A stretch of DNA of 53,261 bases from Candidatus Poribacteria bacterium. Lineage in GTDB: Bacteria; Poribacteria; WGA-4E; WGA-3G. Made by a program: the position numbers and the translations under genes. Location: the NCBI GenBank assembly GCA_022822215.1, contig JAJECD010000218.1, positions 1 through 53,261 on the forward strand. Reading direction: 5' to 3'. Shown piece by piece: positions 17,848 to 27,609 of the stretch; positions within the stretch are counted from its first letter, which is position 1; every line of letters starts with the position of its first letter. The notes below the pieces were generated by a model. That model was not told the DNA's origin. It was given only the letters and a program-made list of their open reading frames with translations, and did no database searches.

Positions 17848-18846
17848 TTAATTATACCCTAATTCTTCCATAATTTCATAGAAAATTAAAGCGATTTCTG
17901 GGTGAATATCAAACGGTTTTCGTGCCGGGACGGGATGCAACGTCTGTCGTGCGTATGCTTGAAATGTAGCATCTGTTGGCAGCTCACAGAAATCGCATAA
18001 CGCTGCAAGCACTTCGTCTGGTTTTGCTGTTAAATCCTCAAAACGGACGAGATGCGTACAATCCGGGGAGGTCTCCATTAGACGGATCCCTGCGCGCATG
18101 GTGACGATCCATTCTACTGCCGCTCTGTCCAAGTGTCGCTCGAAATGTTCTATTTTATCGGCAACTTCAGAGAGAGCGGGATCTGTTTTGACGAGTTGTT
18201 CGACTAAGAGTCGCCACTTCCGGTCTTCGACCCCCCACCAGTCGTGTTTCTCTCCGTTGCGATGAACCCCGAGTCGCTTTGACCAAGTTGCGATGGATTG
18301 ACACGTATCCCATCCGTTACGGACAAGAAAAACAAAGCGTGCGTCGGGGAATATGGCACGCACGAAATCTACTCTGAAGATGAGTTCTGGATATTTGTCG
18401 ACGAGGCGTTTTGAACGGGTTGTTGACAGATAGGCACCGAACATCTGGGTGGCACGGTGGCGCATTTCGTCTGTCGCATCTTCTGCGGTGAGACGGTATT
18501 TTGCGTGGCTTTGGCTGTAGTTTCCGATGACATCTTCATGCGGATGAATGAGGTGCCATATCGCTTTGGGTTCGTTGAGATAACCGACCTCTCTGTGCAT
18601 GGAGAGGACGATGCCGAGTATTGTGGTACCGCTGCGTCCGGTCCCTAAGATGAAGATCGGTTTTTTAACGGGTTTGTATTTACTATTGTTTGCGGCGACC
18701 TTTTTCAGGATGGAAAAGACGAGCGGATTTATCCAACGTCCTTTTGTCGTCACGGGTCGTCCTTCAAAGAAGGCGTAACTCATGAGGCGTGTTAGGACCT
18801 TCGTCGGGCGGGTTTTGATGTAAAGTGGATTTATTTGTGCAATCAT
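17848..18846 (-). CDS. Sulfotransferase family protein
   Basis: PAPS 5'-phosphosulfate loop ILGTGRSGTT; downstream FLVRNGWDTCQS; 332 aa. Confidence 0.75.
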   Translation of the reverse strand: MIAQINPLYIKTRPTKVLTRLMSYAFFEGRPVTTKGRWINPLVFSILKKVAANNSKYKPVKKPIFILGTGRSGTTILGIVLSMHREVGYLNEPKAIWHLIHPHEDVIGNYSQSHAKYRLTAEDATDEMRHRATQMFGAYLSTTRSKRLVDKYPELIFRVDFVRAIFPDARFVFLVRNGWDTCQSIATWSKRLGVHRNGEKHDWWGVEDRKWRLLVEQLVKTDPALSEVADKIEHFERHLDRAAVEWIVTMRAGIRLMETSPDCTHLVRFEDLTAKPDEVLAALCDFCELPTDATFQAYARQTLHPVPARKPFDIHPEIALIFYEIMEELGYN

Positions 18847-18982
18847 TTTTTAAGCTATTAAATATGGTCACTGCTCCACTATGTTTCGCAGTGGTTTTCA
18901 GCGAGTTTCGACCTGCTTTGGGTGTTTGAAGGTTTCTGCCTTCACGGGAAACCATCGTTTTAAACGGAAGTACAGATCAGAT

Positions 18983-20020
18983 TTAATCGTTAAAAACTCT
19001 TCTTTTTAGGGTTTGGGGGATACTCTTCATGCGATCAAGGTTAAAAAGGAACGCCCCTCCCAATTTTACGGGAAACGTTAATAGATGAAGTATCAAACTG
19101 GCGATATTCGGCTGAATTGACACGGGACTGTAGTTATGTTTCTTCATAAGGGCTGCGGTTATGGTCTGATTGAGATAAATTTCAGCGGAACTGAGTTCGC
19201 CTTTTTGCCAACTGTGGGCACGATGTGGGTTTATTCCCAATTCCTGCGGTTTGTCTTCTGCGACGGAAGAACCTACCTGTGGGACTTGGAGCATTGTATT
19301 GGTATATGAAATATTGGCGAAGTCACAGACTGCTTTGACGGTGGCTTCTGGATGTGTAAGAAGTTCCTCAAAGTAGATAGAAATGACCCGCTCATGATTT
19401 GCAAACTGATCTGCAGCGTTGACAGCGGTCCGCCAGATGTGGCTGATGGTGATTGGGTGATAATTGACCCAATCGCGAAACGTTTCTTTTATCGGCATAT
19501 CGCTCCCGCCAAGGAATCGGCGTTTCCACTTCCGCTTTTGGGATAACAGGACATCGCGCGGATCTCGGATCATGTTGATAATTCGTGCCTCTGGATAAAG
19601 CTCAAGGATGTCCTTGATGTAAAATACATTGCGCGGTGTTTGATCGCAGGGAATAGTTTTGTCGTTTTCGGCTGCTTCATGATGGAGAAATGCTAAGAAG
19701 AGGCGTGCTGGTGTTTCAGGATATACGGTTAGACTGTCAAGAAATATTTCTGCCTCTTTTAGGAAACGACGCGGGTTTCCCTGTGTGCGGTAACCTTCCC
19801 GTTGGACGCAGCAGAGTGATGCTGCGAGTTTTGATGTGTTTATTTTCGGCAGTTCAGATGAAAAGGGTGGGGCGCATAACTGTCCAAAGAAATGGAGTTC
19901 ACCAAAGGTATAAACGTCCGGATGTTTTCCTAAGATGCGTCCCATCATCGTTGTGCCACTGCGACTGTTACCAACAACAAATACCATGTTTTTAACTATT
20001 AAATCTGGGCATCGTTCCAC
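18983..20020 (-). CDS. Sulfotransferase family protein
   Basis: VVGNSRSGTTMMGRIL (5'-PSB) and IRDPRDVLLS (3'-PB). Confidence 0.8.
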   Translation of the reverse strand: MERCPDLIVKNMVFVVGNSRSGTTMMGRILGKHPDVYTFGELHFFGQLCAPPFSSELPKINTSKLAASLCCVQREGYRTQGNPRRFLKEAEIFLDSLTVYPETPARLFLAFLHHEAAENDKTIPCDQTPRNVFYIKDILELYPEARIINMIRDPRDVLLSQKRKWKRRFLGGSDMPIKETFRDWVNYHPITISHIWRTAVNAADQFANHERVISIYFEELLTHPEATVKAVCDFANISYTNTMLQVPQVGSSVAEDKPQELGINPHRAHSWQKGELSSAEIYLNQTITAALMKKHNYSPVSIQPNIASLILHLLTFPVKLGGAFLFNLDRMKSIPQTLKRRVFND

Positions 20021-20104
20021 TACATTCCACGATGGTATTTGATGAATTCCAACGCGACTGGGAAGATGTACTTTCTAAGCGGATAGGGACAAGACCTATC
20101 CTGA

Positions 20105-21802
20105 CTATCTCTTTATACTGAGGATGCCAAAACTATTTTTAGGGGTGACGAGTTCTGTCGTTTTTCCTGACCATTCCTGAATGCGTACTTCGATTTCGCC
20201 AGAGCCTTCCATTTCGGCATTGCCCCCGTTTGTTGCCTTGAGTCTTTCATCGGCGACATAACGATACGTGACATCACCTTTGTAATGTTTGCCATCAATC
20301 ACGATTTGTGGCGTGTGTTGTTCACCTGTGCGATTGCTGATGAAGACGGCGAGGTATTCCGTTTCATTTGCGTCATTTTTCTTACCAACGGCTTGTGCCT
20401 GGATACCGGGCATCTGTTGCTTTGCATAAGTGATAGCACCTTCAAAGCGGGGTGGGTTTTTGATTGACACGGTGAACTGTGTGTCTGCTTGCGCGAATGC
20501 TTCGCCGATGAGTTGGAAAGTAGGATAGACGGCGCGCCGGATGGTGTTACCGAAATCTGATTTTGGTTCGCCACCGTATTTCCAAAAGGTTCCGGGGGTC
20601 GGAGGCGTTATCGGGGAAAATACAGGAAATCCTTTACCGGGCCCAGCGATGACATGAAAGTTCGCTTGTGTGATATTAGGTATCGTTAGCATTTTTAGGA
20701 AAAAATCGCCAGCAAACATTGCATGAAGTTGTGTATTGGCGACGCGGTTCGCAGGGTTCGCGATGTTCCATTCGGTTATCCACATCTCCTTGTTTGGAAA
20801 AAGTTTCTGATAGTAGTCGAGAGCCTCTGCGACCCCGAAATGAATCCATCCCATGAGGTAGTGCCGCATCTCCTCTATCTCTTTTTTCTGAACTGCTTTG
20901 TAGGCATAAGCGTGAACGGTGTAAGCGTCGTAAAAACTGCTGTCCGCTGCAAGCCCTTCGTCCCATTTCCGTTGCTGTCTTTTTACCAACCACCCTTCTT
21001 TGTGGAAGCCGAGAGGCGTGGCACAGACGGATACTTTTATGTCGGGGTTAACAGCTTTCATCGCTGCGGCGTGTTTCTTGGCTTCGGCGATGTAGTTTTT
21101 GACTGTTTGGTATTTGTTGAGATAGTGTGGCAGATAATACTCGTTGCCGAGTTCCCAGTGTGTAATGTGATACCCTTTGCTTTTGGCGTAGCCGACCCAT
21201 GCTGCGCTCTCTTCTGGGCTGCCTGTCCATAGATTCACGACAACAACAGGGGTTATCTGTAGTGTGTTACACAACTGCATGAAATCGTCAAAATCGATTT
21301 TACCGTTTCTTCGCTCCTGAAGTTTAACGTAATTGTCTTTGTTTCGTTTATTAAGTTTTGGATTGAGCGTTGAGTCCATTTCATTCTGAAAAAAGCCGCT
21401 GTGTTCCCAATGGTAGAAGTTACCTACCGTACCCCCTGGAAACCGTAAGGTCTTCGGCGCGAGTGCTTTGGTTAAGTTAACAAAATCGGTATCAAGGTAA
21501 CCATAATCACCGCTTATCATGTTTGTATTGAACCCATAGAGTGCGTGCCGGAGCGGTTGCGTCGTGCGTGTGTCAATCTCTAAGCGGAGTGCATCAGGTG
21601 GTGGTGCTTGCTCTCGACAGCCGATGTTCAGAGACAATAATATCGCAACGGCTATCAGCGGTTTGTAAATAGCGGATAACAGATAGTAGAGATAGGGGTT
21701 CTCTGCCCGTTGGTCAGGGGGTTGGGTAACCCAACCCCTACGATGGATAATGGAGATTCTGTATAGCAACCCCCATCGGGGCGACTTATGTGATGTATTC
21801 AT
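20105..21802 (-). CDS. Clan GH-A glycoside hydrolase lipoprotein (GH79/GH51/GH39-like)
   Basis: LRFPGGTVGNFYHW; WELGNEYY (acid/base NE); WITEWNIA (nucleophile). Lipobox-like LSLNIGC. The start ATG overlaps the upstream stop (ATGA). A REP-like hairpin is embedded in the N-terminal extension. Confidence 0.7.
   Translation of the reverse strand: MNTSHKSPRWGLLYRISIIHRRGWVTQPPDQRAENPYLYYLLSAIYKPLIAVAILLSLNIGCREQAPPPDALRLEIDTRTTQPLRHALYGFNTNMISGDYGYLDTDFVNLTKALAPKTLRFPGGTVGNFYHWEHSGFFQNEMDSTLNPKLNKRNKDNYVKLQERRNGKIDFDDFMQLCNTLQITPVVVVNLWTGSPEESAAWVGYAKSKGYHITHWELGNEYYLPHYLNKYQTVKNYIAEAKKHAAAMKAVNPDIKVSVCATPLGFHKEGWLVKRQQRKWDEGLAADSSFYDAYTVHAYAYKAVQKKEIEEMRHYLMGWIHFGVAEALDYYQKLFPNKEMWITEWNIANPANRVANTQLHAMFAGDFFLKMLTIPNITQANFHVIAGPGKGFPVFSPITPPTPGTFWKYGGEPKSDFGNTIRRAVYPTFQLIGEAFAQADTQFTVSIKNPPRFEGAITYAKQQMPGIQAQAVGKKNDANETEYLAVFISNRTGEQHTPQIVIDGKHYKGDVTYRYVADERLKATNGGNAEMEGSGEIEVRIQEWSGKTTELVTPKNSFGILSIKR
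21718..21741. repeat. GTAGG-type palindromic element inside a CDS N-terminus
   Basis: Minus strand reads GTAGGGGTTGGGT-t-ACCCAACCCC. It differs from the 2662 copy by compensatory C/T changes in both arms. Confidence 0.7.
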
Positions 21803-23160
21803 AGGGTGATCTTCAAAGGTCTATAGGTTGAAAGCGATCTGTCGCTGGCGAACATGAGACCAGCGCAGAGCCAGAAATAGAATCCGTAACCTCGGAATTC
21901 AAGGGTTCGATTGAAAAAGAGTAAGAAGGCAGTAATGACAACGAGGCAGAGCATAATAATTGAGATTTGTCGGGTCAGGCGCGACACAGCCAATGGTGTG
22001 TTAACAGATTTCCTGTAAAGGTCTAAAGCGGCACGGAAGAGTCGGTAGAATATTAGCGCGAAAAAACCGAGTCCCAATAAGCCGTAGAAACAGAGGATTG
22101 CGACCCAATACACGTCCTTGAAACCGTTTTTGCTGAGTATTTTCAAGAGGAAAGAACGTTGGCTGGCATTCAGTTTTTCAATCGTGGTATTTTGATCTGC
22201 GCCGTAGCCTAAGATGGGTTTGTTCACAAGGACTGTTGGAACGTTTCCGATTAAGGCACCGAGTCGTTGTTTCTGTGCGACACGGACGTAGGAACCCGAG
22301 AATACGCCAGTTACGTTGCCGATAAGTCCTACCCTTGCTTTACGGGGGTTTATGTACTCAAGGTTAAAAGGGTTGACGATTGCTAAAAGGATCCCAAAGA
22401 CCATCGCGATTGATAATGCTAATTGCAGTGTCTTTTTCCAGCCGTACTGAAAGTAGAACCATGCGCCTCCGGCAAGGAGTGCCGAGAAGGTAGCCGCTCG
22501 TGAGTATGAGCGGGCGATAAAGAAGAACAGTATCGCCGCGCCGAGCAGATTCAGGTACTCCAGTCGTCTAATACGGGAGAGGTAGATGACAAGGACGAGG
22601 ATCATGAAAACCCCGTAAATCACCGTGTCGCCTAAAGTTCCGTAGACGCTCCCAATTTCTCTGCCGAGTTCAAGGAGTCTGTATTCTTTTGTGAACCCAC
22701 CTATGGTAAGTGTGGTTTCGCGCGGTAGGAAGAAATTGAATGCGGCGGGTCCACCCGCCCACTGGATGATACCTGCCCCGATTTGGAAGATACCGACACC
22801 AAGGATTATGCGTAAAAAAGTCGCAATTCGTTTTTCTGAGAGGTTGGAATTTGCGATAAGATAGAAAAGAACGATGAATCGCGCGAATGGACGGATGTTG
22901 TAAAGGCTCCCTATCAGTGGGGATCCATTGACTAACATTGACAGCAGTACGACGCTGTAAAAGCCGATAATTGGTAAGTCGATTGCTGTTTTGACGAAAG
23001 GGATGCCTCTGTAGAGTTTATGGATAACGAGTTTCCCGAAAGCCACGTAGATGAGCATCTCGCCGAAGAATCTTAAGTAGGAGTAAAGGGCATCGCTAAC
23101 GGGTAAAAACTTCAGTATAAACTCTTCAAAAGCGACGTATCCTGTCAGAAAGTAAATCAT
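21799..23160 (-). CDS. O-antigen polymerase/ligase-like (Wzy-type) polytopic membrane protein
   Basis: 453 aa, 10 or more hydrophobic helices with one larger loop, located in a glycan locus. Confidence 0.65.
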   Translation of the reverse strand: MIYFLTGYVAFEEFILKFLPVSDALYSYLRFFGEMLIYVAFGKLVIHKLYRGIPFVKTAIDLPIIGFYSVVLLSMLVNGSPLIGSLYNIRPFARFIVLFYLIANSNLSEKRIATFLRIILGVGIFQIGAGIIQWAGGPAAFNFFLPRETTLTIGGFTKEYRLLELGREIGSVYGTLGDTVIYGVFMILVLVIYLSRIRRLEYLNLLGAAILFFFIARSYSRAATFSALLAGGAWFYFQYGWKKTLQLALSIAMVFGILLAIVNPFNLEYINPRKARVGLIGNVTGVFSGSYVRVAQKQRLGALIGNVPTVLVNKPILGYGADQNTTIEKLNASQRSFLLKILSKNGFKDVYWVAILCFYGLLGLGFFALIFYRLFRAALDLYRKSVNTPLAVSRLTRQISIIMLCLVVITAFLLFFNRTLEFRGYGFYFWLCAGLMFASDRSLSTYRPLKITL

Positions 23161-23221
23161 ATTTTATTCGCTGTTAGCGGTTGGCTATTCGCTATCCGGC
23201 ATTTGTGCTAATTGCTATCTG

Positions 23222-24214
23222 CTATCCGCCACACCAAGCGGAGAGATCTCTGTTCAGTAATTCAGCTAATTGTTCGTTAAACGGCTTGAAGTATGCCATC
23301 TGTTGTTTGCGGGTTTCTGGATCCAGCGGTGGCGGTGTCCAGTTCTTATCCTTCTGAGGTTTTTCGCTCCAATTGAGGACGGCTTTTCTGAGTTTGTAAG
23401 CGGCTGCGTCCGGCACAAGTTTCCTTATGGCTTTTCTGAGTGGATTGTGAGATGCGAGGAATTGTGTGAAGAGGAAGTTGAATCCTTCCGAACGCGGCAT
23501 CGTGGCTTGATTGTGTCGTTCCCCTATTGCAGGTTTGAAATCAGCGGGGATCCGCATGTGATTGAAAACCTGTTGGCAGACGGCTTCAGCGTTTTCCTTC
23601 AAATCGTCAGTTAAGAAGCAGTGGACACGATCTGAGCCGAATTGCTCTATCAAATTCTTGATGTGTGGGTAGTAGATACCGTTGTACTGATAAGCACACT
23701 GTCTCCATTTAAACCGGTCTTCGTTCAGGCGTGCTTCCTCAGTGGCGAGTGCTGCTTCGTAGGTTTTGATGTTTTCCCAACCTCTCCGGCGTGCCCACCA
23801 ATAGGCGGAATAGGCACGGGCAACGGGTTCCCGCAAAAGAACGACGAGATGTGCCTCTGGATTGTGTTCGTAAATCCGTTGCATAACTTCTGGGAAGTGC
23901 ATCACCATCACGTTCTTAGCGATGAGTTGTTTATCCTCAATTTCCTCGTCGGGCCCTTCGCCTGCAAAGTATTTCGCGAAAGCCCGTTCATACCCTTGTG
24001 TGTATTCGTGTTCTTGAAGGAAAAAGGTCATCTCTGACTGTGGATGCGTATGAATATCTGGATGTTGTGCCAAGTAGCGGAGCAGTGAAGATGTACCCGA
24101 TTTTTGCGCTCCGACAATCATTAACTGGATTCTTTTAGTCATAATTTTTTGCCAATGTGGGGGTTGGAAAGATGGAAGGGCGGAAGGATAGGGCCCAGTT
24201 TTCCAATTTTCCAC
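23222..24214 (-). CDS. Sulfotransferase (Sulfotransfer_1-like)
   Basis: MIVGAQKSGTSSLLRYL and LLREPVARAYSAYWW. GTG at 24214 or ATG at 24142 as the start. Confidence 0.8.
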   Translation of the reverse strand: MENWKTGPYPSALPSFQPPHWQKIMTKRIQLMIVGAQKSGTSSLLRYLAQHPDIHTHPQSEMTFFLQEHEYTQGYERAFAKYFAGEGPDEEIEDKQLIAKNVMVMHFPEVMQRIYEHNPEAHLVVLLREPVARAYSAYWWARRRGWENIKTYEAALATEEARLNEDRFKWRQCAYQYNGIYYPHIKNLIEQFGSDRVHCFLTDDLKENAEAVCQQVFNHMRIPADFKPAIGERHNQATMPRSEGFNFLFTQFLASHNPLRKAIRKLVPDAAAYKLRKAVLNWSEKPQKDKNWTPPPLDPETRKQQMAYFKPFNEQLAELLNRDLSAWCGG

Positions 24215-24247
24215 CCCCTGCTCTCCCGTCCAAAATTCTCATAGAAA

Positions 24248-25168
24248 TTAAAGAGACCAGGGTAAAGGTTTCCTAATGCGTTCACTGAGGGCATGAATAT
24301 CGGATTTGTAATAGTCGGTTAAACGGCGTTGTGTCTCTTCTGACATCTGAATTTTCTTATCAGGTTGCGTGTTTAGACGGAGGTAAAGCGGTTCAATTGT
24401 TTTTCTGATTCTCCGCAGCGGTGTATGGACAATCGGTTTGTTATGTGTCCACCGTCGGAGTCGGAATCGGAAGTCTCGATATTTCCGATGCAGTTCGGAG
24501 TTTCTCATGTTCTCGGAACGGTTTGTTACTTTAAAGGCGTAGTTGCTATAAAAATCGGCATCTATCCCGGCGAAGTTGCACAATTCTGTCATGATGTTCA
24601 ACGGTTGTGCCGCGAGTTCTTCATAAAAAAGGATGTGGATGCGTGCCGGACCGAATAGATTAAAATAGGGTTCCAAATAGATAGTATAGCAGCCCTGTTG
24701 GAGTGTTTGCAAGTATTGTTCTTCCTGCTGCCCAGCGGCAAAGAGCAGATCGACGTAAGCGTCGAAACTTAGTGTTTCTGGTAATTTGCCGATTTGCTTT
24801 GCGAACCGATACCAAGAGATGAGTCTTGAGATGGGTTCGCGCAGGCTGAAGACTAACTTCGCGTGTGGTAGCGATGCTGCGATTCGTTCACGCGCCTTGT
24901 CGCAATAGAGATAGTCTGGTGTTGATTCAACCCGTAGCTGCTTTTCATCAGTGTTGGGGAATAGGTGGTTGTACGTTTCCACATCGCCTTTGTATCGGTA
25001 TTTTGAAGGGAGTGGATAATCGGTGTTGAGGAAGAAACGGGTTTCTTTATAGGTAGCAGCGCAAATAGCCGGATGGTCGGCGAGATAGGTGAATAGTGAC
25101 GTTGTTGCCGCCTTCGTTGTGCCGCCTACAATAAGATAGTGGTAATCTGCAACGTTTTTCATAACCAT
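24248..25168 (-). CDS. Sulfotransferase (Sulfotransfer_1-like)
   Basis: LIVGGTTKAATTSLFTYL and SLREPISRLISWY. Confidence 0.75.
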   Translation of the reverse strand: MVMKNVADYHYLIVGGTTKAATTSLFTYLADHPAICAATYKETRFFLNTDYPLPSKYRYKGDVETYNHLFPNTDEKQLRVESTPDYLYCDKARERIAASLPHAKLVFSLREPISRLISWYRFAKQIGKLPETLSFDAYVDLLFAAGQQEEQYLQTLQQGCYTIYLEPYFNLFGPARIHILFYEELAAQPLNIMTELCNFAGIDADFYSNYAFKVTNRSENMRNSELHRKYRDFRFRLRRWTHNKPIVHTPLRRIRKTIEPLYLRLNTQPDKKIQMSEETQRRLTDYYKSDIHALSERIRKPLPWSL

Positions 25169-26575
25169 TTAAAACCAAGAAACCTTTGTCTTTCGGAGGA
25201 GGCGCGTCAAGTTTCCGACAGCGAGTAGTGCGGTGATTGGGACGGCGAGTGCGACCCCTGTGAGTCCCCTTATTTCAATCAATCCATACGCCGCAATGAA
25301 ATTAAGAAACGCCATCGTTACCATGTTTGCGAAGATGGCTTTGTAAGCCTTTTGTGCGTAAAGTCCGGCATTCAGTATGGGTATCAGACATGAAAATATC
25401 AATCCTGCGCTGAGCCAAAAGAGGAGTTGTCCAATTAATTCGATAGAGGCTTGATCGGTCGTGCCTCTCCCATACAAGATCCAACTGATTTTTCCGTGGA
25501 ATATCAGCAGGATTAGGATGACTGGAGTGCCGATGATTATGGCGGTGCGTACATTTCGGTTGAGCGTGTGTCCTAATTTCTTTTTATCGTTTGCTGCGTG
25601 GTCTGTTGCCATATCGGGCAGCCCTGTTGTTGCAATGCTAATCCCGATGAGTGTTTGTAACGCCGAGAAAATCTGGAAAGCAGATTTATAAAGTGTAATC
25701 GCGCCGCCTCCGAGTTGCGAGACGAGGTATATCTCGACCAACAGACGGTTTGTGACTTGTCGAATTGCGAAACCGAGGGTTGGTAAGGTGACCGTGTTCT
25801 TCAAAGCGCGGAGTGTGTCTACAGAGATGCCTGTGAGGGTATACCGATGTCCCGTTCGATACGTTCCGATACACAACCCTCCGAAGTATATGGCAAAGCC
25901 GCCGGTGTATGCTACCGCAATCCAGTTTTCAAGGTTCTCGGTGTTCCATAGGACTAAAAATATAACCGCTGCGGTGCCAGCAGGTAGCGCGTTTCGGAGT
26001 GCTACCGTTTTAAAGCGTTGTTGGCTGTTCAGGAAGGCACCGAGGACGGTGCTACCGGATCCGAAGACAAGGATCGGCGCACAGAGTCGTAACAGGGTTG
26101 TTCCTTTTTCGACATCAACGGTCGATCTCGCTAATAGTCCGCCTGCTATCCACGGCGCGAGAAGTTCGATTAGGATAAAAATTCCGAATCCGATACTTAT
26201 TAAAGCGAACAGAAGGCTATTGGTGAAATATTGGTATTCTGCGCGAGGCATCTCCTTTTCACGTGTAACAAAGAGGGGGACAAGGCTAAATTTAGCACCT
26301 TCTCGGACAATTGTATCAACAACGAACACGATCGTCAATGCGGTTATCAGCGCGTCTGCTGTATCGCTGAAGCCGAACCGTCTTGGGATTAACAGGACAC
26401 GGACGAGGAGGCTCAATCCCATGCCAGCACACGTAATTACCATTACCCAAAGGGTTTTGTAACGGTTGTCGGTTGTCGGTTGTCGGTTGTTGGTAACTCC
26501 TTGTGGCTGTTGCGTATTTCTTGATGCCATAGTGGTCGCAAAGTTTGCAAGTTCAAGTAGCCGATGGCTATTCAC
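25169..26575 (-). CDS. MOP-superfamily flippase (MurJ/Wzx-like)
   Basis: About 12-14 TM helices. LLVRVLLIPRRFGFSDTADAL resembles the MurJ N-terminus. GTG at 26575 overlaps the upstream stop. Alternative ATG at 26442 (MVITCAG..). Confidence 0.7.
   Translation of the reverse strand: MNSHRLLELANFATTMASRNTQQPQGVTNNRQPTTDNRYKTLWVMVITCAGMGLSLLVRVLLIPRRFGFSDTADALITALTIVFVVDTIVREGAKFSLVPLFVTREKEMPRAEYQYFTNSLLFALISIGFGIFILIELLAPWIAGGLLARSTVDVEKGTTLLRLCAPILVFGSGSTVLGAFLNSQQRFKTVALRNALPAGTAAVIFLVLWNTENLENWIAVAYTGGFAIYFGGLCIGTYRTGHRYTLTGISVDTLRALKNTVTLPTLGFAIRQVTNRLLVEIYLVSQLGGGAITLYKSAFQIFSALQTLIGISIATTGLPDMATDHAANDKKKLGHTLNRNVRTAIIIGTPVILILLIFHGKISWILYGRGTTDQASIELIGQLLFWLSAGLIFSCLIPILNAGLYAQKAYKAIFANMVTMAFLNFIAAYGLIEIRGLTGVALAVPITALLAVGNLTRLLRKTKVSWF
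26463..26490. repeat. Perfect heptanucleotide tandem repeat (CGGTTGT)x4
   Basis: cggttgt cggttgt cggttgt cggttgt. Lies between the two candidate flippase start codons. Confidence 0.95.
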
Positions 26576-27609
26576 TTCCAGCTATCGGGTAGATTTTTAT
26601 GAATTTCGATGTTGGTGAACGGGCTGGAGGTCCGTGGTCCTACAGATTTTGCCCAAGCCGCCATTCTATTCAAGCCCTCTGGAAGTTCGACCTGCGATGT
26701 GTTTCCGAAGACACCGTGAAATTTTTCGTGTGAACAATAGGCGTGTTTCACCTCTTCTCTGGCGCGTACATTGATAACACTCACCTCTTTTCCCATTGCT
26801 GTCATCACCATATCCGCCAATTCGTTGACAGTCACGTATTTATCGGAGCCGACGTTAAATACTGCTCCCGATGCTTCCGGGATATCCACGGCGCGAGCGA
26901 TATGTGGGGCGACATCTGCAATATGCGTAAAGGCACGCGTCTGCTCTCCGTCTCCAAAAATTACTAAAGGTTCCTCTTGCATGATGTTGTTCATGAAAAT
27001 GCCGATGACGTTTCGGTACTTATCCCCAATGTTCTGGAGTTCACCGTAGACGTTGTGGGGTCGGAAGATGGTATATTCCAAGCCGAAGAGCCGTTTAGAG
27101 ACGGCGAGTTCCTGTTCTACAGCGTATTTGGCGATACCGTAAGAATCTTCCGGCATCGGTTGAAGTCCTTCATGCATTGGCAGCTGGTTTTCACCGTAGA
27201 CAGCGATAGACGAGGTGAACACAAAGCGTTTAACGTTATGGTTTACGGCGGCGTTTATAAGGTTTACACTGCCGATGAGGTTGTTCTGATAGTTGAATCG
27301 TTTGATAAAGTGGCTCAATCCCTCTGCCGCATAGGCAGCGAGGTGATAGATATAGTCGAATTGATGCTGCTCACAGAGTTGGTTTATCAGCGCAACGTCA
27401 AGAATGCTGCCTTCAACAAAGGTTACGTTTGAATTGAGATTTTCACGGAAACCGCCGCTGAGATCGTCAAGTGCGACGACCTCTGTGTCTCCTTGGCGGA
27501 GAAGTTCGTTAACGACGTGCGTGCCCATAAAGCCCGCACCGCCTGTAACTAATGCTTTCTTCTTCATAATATAGTTTTCAGTTTTCCTACAGAAATTGTT
27601 GATAGACAT
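26572..27609 (-). CDS. NAD-dependent nucleotide-sugar epimerase/dehydratase
   Basis: KKALVTGGAGFMGTHVV Rossmann motif and YGIAKYAVE (YxxxK). The likely true start is the ATG at 27567 (MKKKALVTGG). Confidence 0.85.
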   Translation of the reverse strand: MSINNFCRKTENYIMKKKALVTGGAGFMGTHVVNELLRQGDTEVVALDDLSGGFRENLNSNVTFVEGSILDVALINQLCEQHQFDYIYHLAAYAAEGLSHFIKRFNYQNNLIGSVNLINAAVNHNVKRFVFTSSIAVYGENQLPMHEGLQPMPEDSYGIAKYAVEQELAVSKRLFGLEYTIFRPHNVYGELQNIGDKYRNVIGIFMNNIMQEEPLVIFGDGEQTRAFTHIADVAPHIARAVDIPEASGAVFNVGSDKYVTVNELADMVMTAMGKEVSVINVRAREEVKHAYCSHEKFHGVFGNTSQVELPEGLNRMAAWAKSVGPRTSSPFTNIEIHKNLPDSWK

